Assembly (NCBI GenBank): GCA_011109175.1
Contig: RDEW01000012.1
Span: 1,337,438-1,401,437 of the forward strand
Length of the DNA: 64,000 nucleotides
Direction: 5' to 3'
Origin: Dicyema japonicum
Taxonomy: Eukaryota; Animalia; Dicyemida
Positions 38,082 through 51,579 of the stretch are shown here, piece after piece. Below the pieces are notes generated by a model that was not told the DNA's origin, ran no database searches, and worked only from the letters and a program-made list of their open reading frames with translations. Each line of letters begins with the position of its first letter. The first letter of the stretch is position 1. Made by a program: the position numbers and the translations under genes.

Positions 38082-40398
38082 ATGTTTTTATCTACACATA
38101 AATTTATTAATTGTAGAAATTAGTAACTTTTGGAAACCGGATCATCTATTGATTATAAACAAACTTCCTTTTGAGAATTTGAAATTATAAACGGAAAGGA
38201 TTCAGCTACTGTTAGTCAACTATGTCTCCCTCTCAGTTATGGCTGAAAATAGTAACAAGTCGATTGAGGTAAAATTCCATGTATAAGTGTCAGGAAATTA
38301 GATATGAAGATTATGCAGCCAACAGGAAGATGAGTGGTTTTTGAATTTTTGATTTTAGCTTTGGTTAATATGCAAGAGACTTTCAACACAAATTTGTTCG
38401 GTAATACTGGATTTGGAAATTCGAATTTTATGTCAAATAATGCTGGAATAAATCAGGGACTTTTTAATCATAGCTCATCTGGCAAATCCAACGGTAGTCA
38501 ACTCTTTCCAAACTATAATACTTGGAGAGGCTCTATGAACACTCCGATAAGTCAGACAAATACAAATTTTAGTTTTACTGGATGGACGAATAACACCGGC
38601 GGATTTGAGATCACTTCTAGCTTTCAAACAGCAAATAATTTACTTTGGGTTAGAATTGGCTTTCCTGTGAATAATACATCTAACAATTCATTATTATCGG
38701 GCATAAACTGATATTGGAAATTCTTCCGGATTACTAGGAACTAATACTGGCTTTGGAATTGGTTCTCTCAATATTGAAATTTTTGCGTCTGGTTTACCGT
38801 CACATAATACTGGATTTGGAATTTCCTCTAATTTCTTAAACACCAATATGATCGGATTTCCTCAGTTTAATATTTCCGTGGAAACAGTCTCAGCTGTCCT
38901 TTTACTAATCCTGGATTGAACACCGCTTGTATTCCTTCTACCAATATTGGATTTAATAATACCGGTTTTCCATCTATCAACACAGGATTACATACTGGTT
39001 TTCCATCATCCAATACAGGATTTAATACCTCTTCTTTTCATGCTACCGTTACTAAAGTAAACAGTTCTGGATTCCCTAGTGTCAATATAGGATTTAATTC
39101 TCAAGGTTTTTAATCTTCTAACACCGGATTAAATACCGGTTTTCCATCTTCCAATGCGGGATTTAATACCTCTGCTATTCCTGCTACCGTTACTAAAGTA
39201 AACACTGGTGGATTCCCTACTGCCAATACTGGTTTTCCATCCGCCAACACCCGATTAAATACTTGTTTTTTCTCTTCCAATACGATATTTAATACTTGCG
39301 GTTTTCCTGCAACAAATTCTTGATTAAACTCCTCTCTTTTTCATCTATAAATACTGGATTGAATACAGCTGGTTTTCTTACAACAAATCCTGCTAGTAGT
39401 ATCGCTTTTGGCGTTCCTAGTGCCAATACTGAAATAAATATCGCTTTTTCCAAAACTAAATCTTTTTCCAAAACTAAATCCAAGAATAAATCAGGTTTTC
39501 TTTCCACTACGACTAACACCTCTGTCTTTCCTGCTTTAAATAATCTTCAAACTGAAAAATTAAAAAATAGTAAGTCACAAGCCTCAAACTATGAGTCTTT
39601 CTTCAAGGTTGAAGATTTGACCTCTTCAGCGACCCTTCAACCAATAGATGCTACAGGAAATATTGAGAGCAACATAAATGAAATCACGACTAACTTATCT
39701 AAAATTGAAAGAAATTTTATTATCAAATGAATAAAAATTAAATTAAGGCATTTGAATGGCCATGCTATTTCCCCTAACAATAGCCAACGAGATACGTTCT
39801 CGGAACCAACCAGTCTCTCGCGGATCCTTGGTCACAGCTTGAATCATGGAGCCGATCTTACGAACCAACTCATCTGCTTGGGGGCCAAGGATCTAAAATT
39901 GAACATGAATTTGAAAATGCTAAAAGTGATGACTTGACCGTCCACTGTAGCGATAGCAGCTACTTTCTTAGACCGACTTTGGAAGATATCAATTCTCTGG
40001 TTACCGAAAATAAACAAATACATGATCTGATTGTGGCGAAGCCTGACTTTGGAAGTATTAAGTTTCTGAAGCCTGTCACTCTTGCTCGTATGGATATTTC
40101 TGAGACGGGTTTGGGGGATATTATTTTAGTGTGTATAAGTAAGAATATTATTGAGTTGTACCCTGATAACAACTGGCCTCCACAGGGGAAGAGACTTAAT
40201 GTTCATGCCAGAGTGAATCTACTAAATTGCTGGCCTCATGAGAAAAATTCTGGATCTTTCATAAAAGATCCTGATATCATTGAAAGCTACGGTTGGGTCG
40301 AAAATCTGAAGGGGCAGACTAAGGAAATGGGTGCTACTTTCATTAGCTATACTCCTGAAAATGGCAAGTGGGTTTATGAAATTAACAACTGCAATTAA
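38082..40398 (+). pseudogene. NUP98: Nup98-like nucleoporin, copy 1 (disrupted)
   Basis: GLEBS VMAENSNKSIE|EIRYEDYAANRK across 25-nt intron 38269-38293; N/T/G/F-rich repeats; C-terminal domain YFLRPTLEDI..FGSIKF..IELYPD..PPQG..LN..A.V.L.NCWP..GATFISY.PENG.W; internal stops and a CRE insertion. Confidence 0.85.
39710..39890 (-). mobile_element. CRE 3' fragment inserted in Nup98-like copy 1
   Basis: Nearly identical to 1325-1490; TSD ATCTAAAATTGAA at 39697-39709 and 39891-39903. Confidence 0.9.
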
Positions 40399-40494
40399 AA
40401 TTTTGACCATCTTAATTATTTTAAGTACAATTATATGATTTTCTTTATTTCGATTTTTGATTTTTTCGCGAATTATTATTAACAACAATATTGA

Positions 40495-41600
40495 CTATTA
40501 ACCGGCATTTCAGCACGCCGCCCGGCACAAGACTACCTGGGTAGGTTGTAGAACAACCAAAAATGGAGAGGAACAAAAAATATTCAATTAAATATATTAT
40601 ATTTTGTGCAAGCAGTAGCACAAGAAATTATTAGTGGACTCTCGTTCGTATGGATGAGCATTGACAAATAGCGATCACAAGATCGTAGTCTGTCGGTTGA
40701 ATCTTACCAGGCTTTATGGAATATTATGTGCGAATCATGCACGTCCCAGAAAAACACAGATGATAGCGGGCGAAGAATTAGCAAATAATCCTGCACTTCC
40801 GCGTTGCCATAAGCAGTCAAATGCCTAGGGTTTCGCTCGTGCCGTACACTCGACTATCCTCCCAGTCAGCCCTCTCCATCTGGCTCTGTTTTCGCGCGTT
40901 TACAAATATCCTCAAGATGGTCTCCAGTTTTGAGTTGACCGCTAATTCGTGCGTAATCGTTATTCAGGCAGAGGGGAAGCGTACATCTTGGCCGACCCCG
41001 AAATCTAATTCCGTGATTTGAATAGTAATCTTACATGATTTGAATGCAAGGAATCACTTCGTCCATTCTCAGAACATGTCCTAAAAGTCGCCACCGTGAG
41101 GTAATTACTTATCTGCTTATCGGTTTGCATTTACATAATTTGTAGTGAGTGTCGTTTTTGATAATCTGTGGCCATTTGATTCCCGCAATTTTTCTCTAGT
41201 CTGTGAAGTCTGTGAAGGTCCGTTTTTGATGTTCCCCGTGTTCCCGAGTTAAATAATAGGACTGGTTGTATGAACACGTTATATAAGCGCATCCGAAGAT
41301 TTAAGGAGATAAGTTTTCTGCGAGTCCAAATACTCCACATCTATTTAAGTGAACACGATGCCAACATCTTTCTGCGAGCAATCTCCTCAGCATCACCCAA
41401 AAACAAGTCTACCCTTTTAGTAAACCTCCATTTCTCATCAATCTGTATCGGTAACCGCTGAATCGAAGTTAACTCCGTTTTTTCTGAATTGATCTTCTAA
41501 GACCACCTCACCAGAACTGTTGTGACTTTATCTAGTACAGTTCTTAGTACCTCCACGTCCTCAGACACAAAATCGATGTCATCAGCATATATTAAATCCA
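40495..41600. mobile_element. RTE LINE fragments (+ strand APE endonuclease, - strand RT C-terminus)
   Basis: FQHAARHKTTW, DSRSYG..SDHKIV on +; YADDIDF, LRMRLYNVFIQPVLLFNSGT on -. Confidence 0.85.
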
Positions 41601-41917
41601 CAAAATGATTTTTTAAGTGACCCAATTCTACTTATGTTTATTGTTTAATAAATTAAATAGTGATACAAAAACCCCACTTTAACTATATTACAGGTAAAAC
41701 ACTTTAAAAATGTAAAACACAATGTTAATTTCCTTTCTTATGATTTTTTTAATTTTTGGGCGTGGAAAAATTAATTCATAATTTCAGGTTTATGTAACCA
41801 TTATTAGATTTGCGGTTTTAAGTAAAACCACTAGAAAACTTGGTGAAAATACAAAATCCAATAAATTAAACTATCATCATTATTCCAAACACAATCTCCT
41901 ACTCGGATGGTTTATGC

Positions 41918-42990
41918 CAGGGGTCTCAAACTCAAATCATTGCATGGGCCATTTTATGATCCGTAATTTTTGGGCCATTTTTTGAGATTAAATTAATAAT
42001 TTTTTAACTTTTAAATATACAAAAAAAGTTAATTTATTATTTATGGCTAAGACAAATGATTGGAATGGTCATACTCCGAGGGAACTCGTTCGAAATCCAC
42101 GCAGAAGGATTCCTCAACTGACATTTGTTTAATTGTTAAAAAAATTTATTATTTAAAAGTAAAAAAATTTAATACTTAATATTCCACGATTTTTGATAAC
42201 GCATCTTGAAAGCAATGATTTGATGTCTGGCTTCAGATTATGTTCTTTTAAAATTTCCAGCTTTAATACAACTGTAAATGTTCATCCTTAGTCTTGATCT
42301 GAAAGAGAATTTATTTAATTTTATTGCTGAAAAAATCTGTACTGCAAACATTACATAGATTCGTAATGATAAAGCATGTAGTTGAGGAAATCTTTTGCAT
42401 GGAAAAAATTTATATAATTCTGGAATTCCAACTACATAAACTAAGACTCTCAAAAAGAATCTTTTTCCCGAAACAAATTATTTCACTGACTTTTAAATTA
42501 TTTCACTGAGAGTCTTTTAAAAAATTTCCATCTATAAATGGTTTTGAAGACTTTGCGATCATTTTACTTACAACATAACTGACGCGTACCACATTCTCAG
42601 TCGAATTATTCACACATTTTGAAAAAATTGATTTAATAAAGAGGATTTTAGTTTTGTGCTTTTTTGTATCGCAATTGTCCGCAATAAATGTCATAGTTAT
42701 ATTTATTGTTAGACTCTAATGCCTTCACGTTAGACTCTTTTATTATACTCTTTTCGTATTCCAATTGTATCCATACAGATCATGCATTGAACTTTTTTAC
42801 AAATCTGTAACAAAATATAAATACTCCCATTTTCTTGAAAAGTTCGGTTTTCTAGTTGTAATTTCCTTTCTTGAGGTAAGACATTTTTTCACAACAAAAA
42901 AATATTAAAGAGCATGACTGTCAAAATTATTTTAATTCAAAACAAATAACATAATTGAGTTAAATATTTTATTAAATATAATTTTTTTAA
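41918..42990 (-). mobile_element. hAT Charlie-type (GTF2IRD2-like) transposon, internally deleted
   Basis: TIR CAGGGGTCTCAAACTC; ENRTFQE.WE, QCMICMDTIGIRKEYN, SYVVSKMIAKSSKPFIDGNFLKD; nested CRE 3' end at 42041-42150. Confidence 0.85.
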
Positions 42991-42994
42991 TTCA

Positions 42995-43125
42995 ATTGGA
43001 CAAGGCGCTCTCGGAGTTGTTTCAGCAACCAGAATCGAACCTGCCTGAGGAGGCTGGCGCACAGGCAGGCGAAGAAGGTTGTTGATTATTAAATATTAAC
43101 TTTTTTATTGTTGGTTAAATAAAGT
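42995..43125 (+). mobile_element. R4-like element 3' end
   Basis: Reverse complement of 9470-9603. Confidence 0.8.
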
Positions 43126-43344
43126 GGGTTTGAATATTTAGTTTAGACAATAATTAGGACGACAGAATGGCGAAGGCGTTACCTCTGATAATCGCCATTT
43201 CCAGCCTCTATCTCAACCAGAGTCCTTCCCGTGGCTCGCACCTTTTTGAGGCGAGTTTGCTTCCAATGCTGTGTAGAAAGGCGTCTGTCTTCGCGCTTAC
43301 AGTTCCAGTTGTCTATACAGCAATAGGGACGAAATGGTAATTTA

Positions 43345-43601
43345 AATAATAATAAAGCCTTTTCACGAAAGACATAGTATTTATAGCTCCGCATAGGCAG
43401 GACACACACTTTAAAGAACAGTTAATTTTTAACAAATCGTACAACCAAGGAATGATCTTCACCCACTGATGACGGCGTCACTCGTCAAACCCTTTCTGCA
43501 TCGTAGATGCAGTGGAACTTTCTACCAGGTGAACAGCAGCGAGAATCGAACCCGTATCCTAAGTCACTTTAGCCCGACACCCAACCACAACGCCACCCGG
43601 C
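43345..43601 (-). mobile_element. SINE family 1 with tRNA head and internal deletion
   Basis: Head GCCGGGTGGCGTTGTGG..GGGTTCGATTC; TSD-like AAATGGTAAT on both flanks. Confidence 0.85.
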
Positions 43602-44059
43602 TAAAATGGTAATGGTGGAGATTTATTTTTTATGTTAATATATAAAATTTATTTTACCTGATTCGATACAATCGAATGTGCTATTTGTACCTCCTTTATT
43701 AGTGGAGAGCCAAACCCATTGAGCTAGTTTTTTTTGCATTTTTCAAGAATTGTAGACCAATCATCTTGAAATGATCATTAATTTGGATTGTTGTTGACTC
43801 CAATGGATGTGATCAGTTGAAATACATTTTAGACAATCAGTAACTATTCTAAGGTCAGAGCTTTGCATTTTTCTGTGTTTATCGTTCTTTTCTGTTTATC
43901 ATTGTCGAAACATGTTTATTATATGTGCGAAAAATCTCAGAAAAAGCTCAACTTGCTCCGAACTGTGACGGGACATCATTTGGTGAGAGCAAAGAAAGTT
44001 TATCTGTTGCCTACAGAAAATTTAGACAATTTATTAGAACAACGTTGAATAGTTAAATT

Positions 44060-44168
44060 GTTTTTGATTAATAAATAGCACGTTGCTTTATAACAGTCTA
44101 CATATATTCTTTAAAATAAATTCAGCTAAAAGCAGCTTCACCAATAAGATTAGAAATAAACTTGGCAT
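44060..44168 (-). pseudogene. C-type lectin family, 5'-only fragment
   Basis: MPSLFLILLVKLLLAE plus CYKATCY, then truncated. Confidence 0.65.
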
Positions 44169-44966
44169 TAAATCACTGAGATTGTTAAATTTTTATAATC
44201 TCTGTATGCATATTTAACAATTTATTATTTAATTTTACGCATATTTAACTTCCGATGAATTTTTTAAACTTTTCTCTCAATCTTAATACATTTAATTATT
44301 AAAAAGCTTTTTTTAGTTTGCTGTAGTTGAACACTGTTCAATCTAAATTTAAAATGAACAATTTACTTATTTTTGATCGAATAGTGACTGACAATGATTC
44401 CAAGGAAATCGTATATGTATTGATATCGCATTAATTAAAAAGATATCCAATATACAAAAGTCCTAAATTTAAAAAAAATGTCACAAGATTGACGTTTAGT
44501 ATTCGATATTTATCTTTCATAAAATTCGGAGACAATTGTATTATTATTAAGGAGTTAAAAAAAAAAGTTCCCAAATAATTAAGAGATCCCAGAATGTATT
44601 TTTTCCTTTTCAATAAATTGCATTAAAATTTATCAACTCACTGGTTAATTGAAAATTGGTTACTAGATACCGTTTGAGATATTTTTTCTTGCCAAAAACA
44701 CTAGAATTTAATACGCTGGATGATACGAAAGATGTCTTCTCATCATTTGCAACAATTCCGAATTGTCGATCGCCGAACTGATTTAACAAAAATCATTAAT
44801 TATATTACGAATCCTCGATTGATTGTAAAGAATTAAAGTTTTTATACTATTTAAATGAAAAATCAAGATGGTTAGTAAAAAATAAATTAAATTTCGCAGT
44901 CATCTATGATTTCTGGTTTGACAATTTCTTTCGATTTAAAATCATCTTCAAAATTCGTTCCTATTA

Positions 44967-45451
44967 TTAATATATCAAAAATTTACGTTTTGTCTCGCAC
45001 AAAAACCACATTACTTTATTGACTGCATTGTCGTTCCAATAATAACTTCTTCAAAAAAATGAACAGTGTCTTCGTCATCGCCTAAATAGTACATTATCAG
45101 GTTCTTGATATCCCAATTAAAATATTTCTTTAATTCCATAATAAAAAAAAACTTGAATTTCTCCATATGAATTTGTGTAATGACTTTCTTGTTTAATGTC
45201 GTTTATCCCAATTCTGATATATTCTTTATATTTAGACACAATTTCAGTGTAGAGATATTCATTTATTTGTTTACTATGAATGTTTGCTAAAACCATATTC
45301 TCTTTTTCACAGTATTTTATAGAATCATAATAAGTTAACATTTTTTTTACCAACAAATAGCATGTTCCTTTATAACAGTCTAAATATATACTGTAAAAAT
45401 ACATTCAGCTGAAAGCTGTTTCAACAGAAAGATTAGAATTAAACTTGGCAT
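44967..45451 (-). pseudogene. Atypical C-type lectin, frameshifted in the last exon
   Basis: Colinear with 31568-32041 and 63293-63783; indels around the EPD and WND codons. Confidence 0.8.
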
Positions 45452-45646
45452 TATTTTCCTGCGATTGTTCAATTTTTATAATAATTTTATGCATATTTAA
45501 CAATATATTATTTAATTTTACGCATATTTAACTTTCGATTAATTTTTAAAACAAGAGTGATTACCAATAACTTGGATTGAAATTCTACTAAATTATGATA
45601 ATTTATTAATGAAAATGTTCCCGAGTTGCAAGTTTATTTGAGTATT

Positions 45647-46375
45647 CAGTAAACTCTCTCAAATATGCCACTCTTAAATTTGCCATTTCTGAAATTTGCC
45701 ATTTTTATCGATTTTTTCTATTTTTTAATGATATTTGCCAATTCTGAAATTTGCCAACATTTTTAAATATTATTTTTATTTTTTAAAATATTTTTAAAAA
45801 TTTAAATAGTTTAAAGCAAGCATGGGTCGGAATGTTTCTTTTGGAGGCTACACCAGACTTTCAATTGCTCAAAAATTGTATATATTGCGGTATAAAAAAA
45901 CTAATAAATCAGCTTCATGTCAGACGATATGCAACAGATTTTCTTCTATTTTTAAATGAGAATCTCAAGAAGGACAGTCAATGCAATATTAATGAATGCA
46001 GAATCGCTTTTTATTTCAGTTTAAGAACAGAAATCCTTAACTAAAAACTTGCAAAAAATTAAAATACCCGGAGCTTGATGAAAATCTAGTAGATTGGATG
46101 GATTCAATGGAATCAAAAGGTACACTATTTACTCTAACATTTAAGGTGATTTATTGAACGATTCTCTAATATTACACAAGGCAGAATTTTTCGCTAAAGA
46201 ACTTTCGTTGTATAATTTTAAAAATTCTTACGGGTTTTTGGAGAAATTAAAAAAAGACATGGATTTCGAATGCGTAAATTACACGGCGAAATGCGCACTG
46301 AAAAACATGTGGATATTGATGGCTTTTTAAAAGAATTTGAAGAAGTTTCAAAGAGTTACTCGTATTGTGATTTTA
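45647..46375 (+). mobile_element. pogo/Tigger transposon 5' part
   Basis: End CAGTAAACTCTCTC, TTTGCCA subterminal repeats, KYPELDENLVDW..FKNSYGFLEKLKKRHGFRMRKLHGE (CENP-B-type HTH). Confidence 0.8.
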
Positions 46376-47999
46376 GATATTGTGATTGTACTATTTTTTT
46401 CCTTTTGGCAAGGAGCTTTACTATGTCTGCCCCATTCGAGGGGAAAACATTTTCCTAATCCTTTGACAGATACGTGTCTTCTTCCCCTTTAACTGTCCGC
46501 TTTAATAAGATAAGTCCGTCGATATCTAATTGAGTTCTTTGTCCAGGTATTTTCTTAACGCTGAGCCAGGAATACTTTGAGTCTTCAAGTACTCCGGATC
46601 GTATTTTTTGAATGAGGTATAAAGTAATCACTGCTTTTACCAATTTTGTCTCCCTTGTTCTAACATCTCTAATTGATAGTGCACAACGAAAATTTCAGTA
46701 GTCTCATATAGTAGCAATTGAAGCCGTATTGCGATTTCTCTCTTTAAATGCAAGTAAGACCAAAATCTGTTAACTGTGTGATTCTTACACGTCCATTAGA
46801 TCTATCAACTTTATTGAGCCTACACAAGCTCTTGATGGATCAAGAACTTTACGGCCACGGAATCAGATGTAAATATCAAAGATATGCATTTTGTATCCAA
46901 ACGTTTAGTTGATCGAAGTACTGTTGCAATGGATGTATCTATCACATGAGGCCAGGATGTTGTCATTGCCGAGATTAATTAAGATATCACTTTCATTTCT
47001 CGATGTAAGAAAGTCAAACAAGAATAGGTTTAACAGCAGAGGAAATAAAGGTGATCTCTGGAGACAATTTGACAAAAACCTAAAAATAATTTTAAAATCT
47101 AAGGAAAACGTATCTGTTGCAACTGATAAGTAGATTAGCCCGCCAAAGTTTGAAATTTCCTGGTGAGATTCGTTTGAAAAACTTCCAAATGAATCCTTCT
47201 TAACTTAGTCTTAAAACTTTTATGAATATAAACCAGAGTACAATTCACTAAGCTTATGTTAAAACTCAGAGCGGATGACATTAGTCAGAGAAAAAAATAG
47301 TGATGTAGACCATTTTTAAATCATATTGGAACGGAATATCGGGTTGAATAGCGCTGGACGATTCTCCGTGATTTTTGATATTGCAAGACAGAGCTATGAG
47401 GTCAGATCATTTTTCTTTATGTGGTTCAGAATGGGAATGATGCGCCCAAATATAAGGTTATGGTTATTTTTTATGCCGTAAATAATCGAACTAGTAGTAA
47501 CTGAAAACAGTAGGGGGAACAGAGTGTGATATCCGAGATGTTGATTATTCTGAGGCTCTTTAGGGTATTCTTGTCCTTTAGAGATCGGTATGGTCGTCGG
47601 TTATCCATCTGCGACAAAGTGATTTTCATTTTGTCTGAGTATTGACTCGATATCCATAAGGCGTTTTTTACATCCATGTCTCAGCAAATCAGAACATCGT
47701 AAAAATTAGATATGGTAGATAAATAATTAATTAAATATTTTTTGAGAATTAACAGTGTTCTCGATGTGCATTTTTTAGGTTTTATAAATTTTTAAAAGAT
47801 CTCTAACTTTGTCATCCAAAAGTCTCCTTACCTCTGAGGATGTATCTTCGCTTTTGAGACTTTCTCAGATTAGACTAAGTCAAGATTAGAGTATTCATGC
47901 CAAATTGATAGTTTTGGTTCACGAAAGAGAGCCAAGTAGATCGTCAAAAAACTGACTAGTTTGATGATACTCTTTTGATTTAATTTACAATCAGCTGAA

Positions 48000-49432
48000 G
48001 GATTCTAACCCAGTTTACTTCTCGGATGAAGACGTGAAGAATGCGCTGCATTTTACAAGAACAACGTACTCTGCCAGTCCCGACAACATTCCAGTAGTGT
48101 TATTGAAGAACCTTGGAGATATTGGAGTCGGTTTTCTAACGTCGGTGTATAACTATTCAATTAATTGTAATTTAATACCGTTGTTATGGAAGCAAGCCAA
48201 CATCCGACCTATACTGAAACCTGGAAAACCTAAGGAAGAACCGGCATCATTTAGACCTGTGTCATTGTTATGTTCCATATCGAAAATCCTGGAAAGGCTT
48301 GTCCTTGGGAGATTCAAGGCTTTCTTACCAGAAAAGGATTTTCAACACGGATTCAAGAGCGATTGTTCTACATCAACGTACCTACAGAAATAAACCAACT
48401 TCATTAGAGATGGTTTTTCAAACAAACCAAGGCATTTGAAACAGTCTTATGTTCCATTTATATTAACAAGGCCTTTGATTCTAATTCGGGAAAAATATTA
48501 TCAAAAAAAATTTTTTAGTCCGAGATCCCGGGTAAGCTTAAACTTGGATAACAAATTTCTTAAGTGGACGCCTCGGAGGACTGAAATCAGTCTCACGTCT
48601 TCTCCCAAACGGTGTCCCCAAGGATCTCCTTTATCCCCGCCTTATTCAATTTATACCTGGCAGACCTCCGATACCGGAATCCAATAACGATGTTCTACTC
48701 ACATATGCGGACGACATTGTTTTGGCCTCGCGTGATCGGGATATCCAAAATGCTACAGAAAGATTACAAATTAACCTGGACCGACTCAACGCCTGGGTAA
48801 TGAAGAACCGACTCACGATAAATTCCAGAAAGTCGGTCACGTCTATGTTTACTTCAGACAAAAGGTTGGAGAAGATGACTGTCAAGTTAAAATTGGACAA
48901 CATTGAAATCCCCTTCACCAAATGTCAGAAGATCCTGGGAGTGACACTGGATACACACTTATGTTTGTCACCACACATAGCAAACATTGTTCGGAAGTGC
49001 GAGAAGAGGATCAATGTATTAAAATGTTTATCTGGAATATGGAAGACAGTTACCCACCCAGTCTTGATGAACATTTACAAGCAATACATCGAACCATGTT
49101 TCTCGTACGCGTGTGCTTCGTGGGTACCTTCATTATCATGGACGAACACTAAGATAATTGAGGACGTTCAAAAGAAAGCTTTCAGAATGATGGAGCGGTG
49201 GTCTTGTGGGAGACACAGAACCGTCCGACTACTCTGGAGGCCCTCATTAAACAAAACTCCGGCATGCGGGAAGGTGGCCCTGCAAATACAGTCAGCCGCC
49301 CTGTACGAGCTTGTGTGGGTACGAGGGAGGAGCACCGGGAAAGAATGAGGATTTTGGCGGAGCGCATCGGGATCACGTGATAGTTAGTTTTGGTTTTACC
49401 GTGGTCTTGGGTGTTAAATAAATAAAATAAAT
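48000..49432 (+). mobile_element. Jockey/I-like LINE, 5'-truncated
   Basis: PILKPGK..SFRPVSLL..KILERLV, FQHGF, PQGSPLSP, YADD, KILGVTLD; A-rich tail. Confidence 0.9.
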
Positions 49433-50918
49433 CAGCTGTAGAGCCGAAACAGGGCGTTTTTTTTGTATTGACTAATGAAAGAGATTGAATGGTTTTTGTG
49501 CGAACACGTTAGTTGCATTCTGAATGCCTTCAGAACTTTTTGGAATGATGAATCACGTATAACACGTTTTAATTAAACGTGATTGACATTTATAAAATCT
49601 GTCACCATCGTTTAGTGATTCAAAGAAAACTACGAAGAATGACAGTCAGCTAATGATATTTATTAAAAACCAAGAATCACCATTAAATTAATAAAAGAGA
49701 AAACACTAGCATTTGCTGGTGTTATTATTTTTCAGGTATGCACCTCACTTAGTTCTGTTTCCTCACAGTATTTTACACACGTCCATTAGGCCCGTGCTAC
49801 TGACAGGGGATCAAGTGAAGTGAATGGCCTAACTGTTTCAAATTACTAAAGAATGGTAGTCCTTGGTTTTCTTTAAACGCGTTTTTGATAGGTTAGAACC
49901 CTAGGAAGTGCAACCATAGCTTACTATTGGCTTAATGTATATAGAAAATCTAGTGTTAAGAGAAAAGCCACCAGTATTGTCCAGGGAGTGTTTTTAAGAA
50001 ATTGCGTTTTCTTTCACATGACAACACCTTGTTCAATAATTATCCGAGAGTCAAACGTGGCACCAATTATTTTTGCAGAGTTCTAGCAAGGAATTTGCTT
50101 GTCTTTCAGAAACAATTCTGAGGTAGATCTTCCAATTGAAATAAAGAAATATTATGCGCGATTTTCTGCATATTTATATCCAAACATCAATTTAGGAGAT
50201 TATTGAAATCATGCCGTTAATTAGAATCTTATGATCGAATAGATCTTATCGATCCTTGAAAGATAGTAGAAGTAGAAAGACCTCTAAATATTTATATTAA
50301 TCTATCCAAAACCAAAGAAAATAAAGAAAACACCCAGTTTTTGCAGTAGAAAGGACCTCTTCAAAAATGTTCAATGTAATGTAAGAGTTTCCCAATCTGT
50401 CACAACCTGAGACACATGGACTACATGATTTCACTAGTAGTATGATCAAGAGAAGGAAGAGACGAAAGTATGAGAAATTTTGACAAAGTATCCATTGGGG
50501 CAAGGGAACTCACGGAGCACTGATTTATGAGACGATATCTTAACCACTACGCAAAATAATATAATTGATTTTATCTCAGCGGGAGCAATATAAAAAATTG
50601 AGAAAATACCGTGGCATTGGGATCGGGCCGCATTCCAGCCGATCCTGTTGAGACATCTGGCGTGCATAAATTAAGTTAAATTTATTGAAACTAAAACCAC
50701 CGTCATAACCAAAACGAAAAAAATTCAGGTGAAGTCTTCCCTCAGTTGTCCTTTCATCTTTTCCCAGAGTTCAGACTGTGTCCATGTTGGCCCATGCACG
50801 TCTGAGTTTATCAGTTAATCGTATATTTTAATTTTATAAAAAATCTGTTTTTTTATATAATAAAATATGAATTTAAATTTTAATGTTTATTAAAAAAGCA
50901 TATTTCCATATCAACAAA

Positions 50919-51277
50919 ATGGCCCATCATGGAGCAACATTACAATCCTACAAAATGAATTAGTGAAATGTTATATTTAGTTGATATTAAAGGTATTGAA
51001 GAATTGTCAGCAAGAAGGGACGAGCTTAAAAAGGAGATACAAAAAGATGAAGAAGCCAGACTCTCCATTCAAACCGAACTGAGGATCACTACGGACAAAT
51101 TGGCTACCATCAACGAACAACTTGCAAAAAAGCTCGCATCTTTCGAGGAATGCTCAAAAATAATAACGAAGCTGAGACTCATACAAAAAGGGTTGTATGA
51201 TATATTATTAGATTCTCCAAAATTCTCATTCCTTAATACAGACCATTCAAAAGAATGCACACAAGATCACTAAGTGA
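50919..51277 (+). CDS. SSNA1: SSNA1/NA14/DIP13 microtubule protein (two -1 frameshifts)
   Basis: MAHHGATLQSY.NELVKCIEELSARRDELKKEIQKDEE..KLATINEQLAKK..ILQNSHSLI; introns 50970-50992 and 51192-51211. Confidence 0.85.
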
Positions 51278-51404
51278 CTTTTTTTTAAATTTATTATTTG
51301 ATTTCAAAATAAAACTACTAGGAATAAATGCATTTTTAATGCAACACATTTTTATACAGAATATGATTTTTTAGAATATTTTTTGTAATATTCATCCACA
51401 TTGA

Positions 51405-51576
51405 AAGAAAACTTAAATCTGCAGAAGACCTAGAAGATCTAAGGACAGATGTGCAAAGCAGAGGGCGATGGAGACGCCTAGTGAAGCAGATTTTGAAACG
51501 TGTGGCACAAACGGACCTTAGTTAATATAACGTTTTTTGGTTCTGTGAAGGTGCTTTTTAATAATAATAATAATAA
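51405..51576 (+). mobile_element. RTE LINE 3' end
   Basis: EDLEDLRTDVQSRGRWRRLV and a (TAA)n tail. Confidence 0.75.
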
Positions 51577-51579
51577 TTC

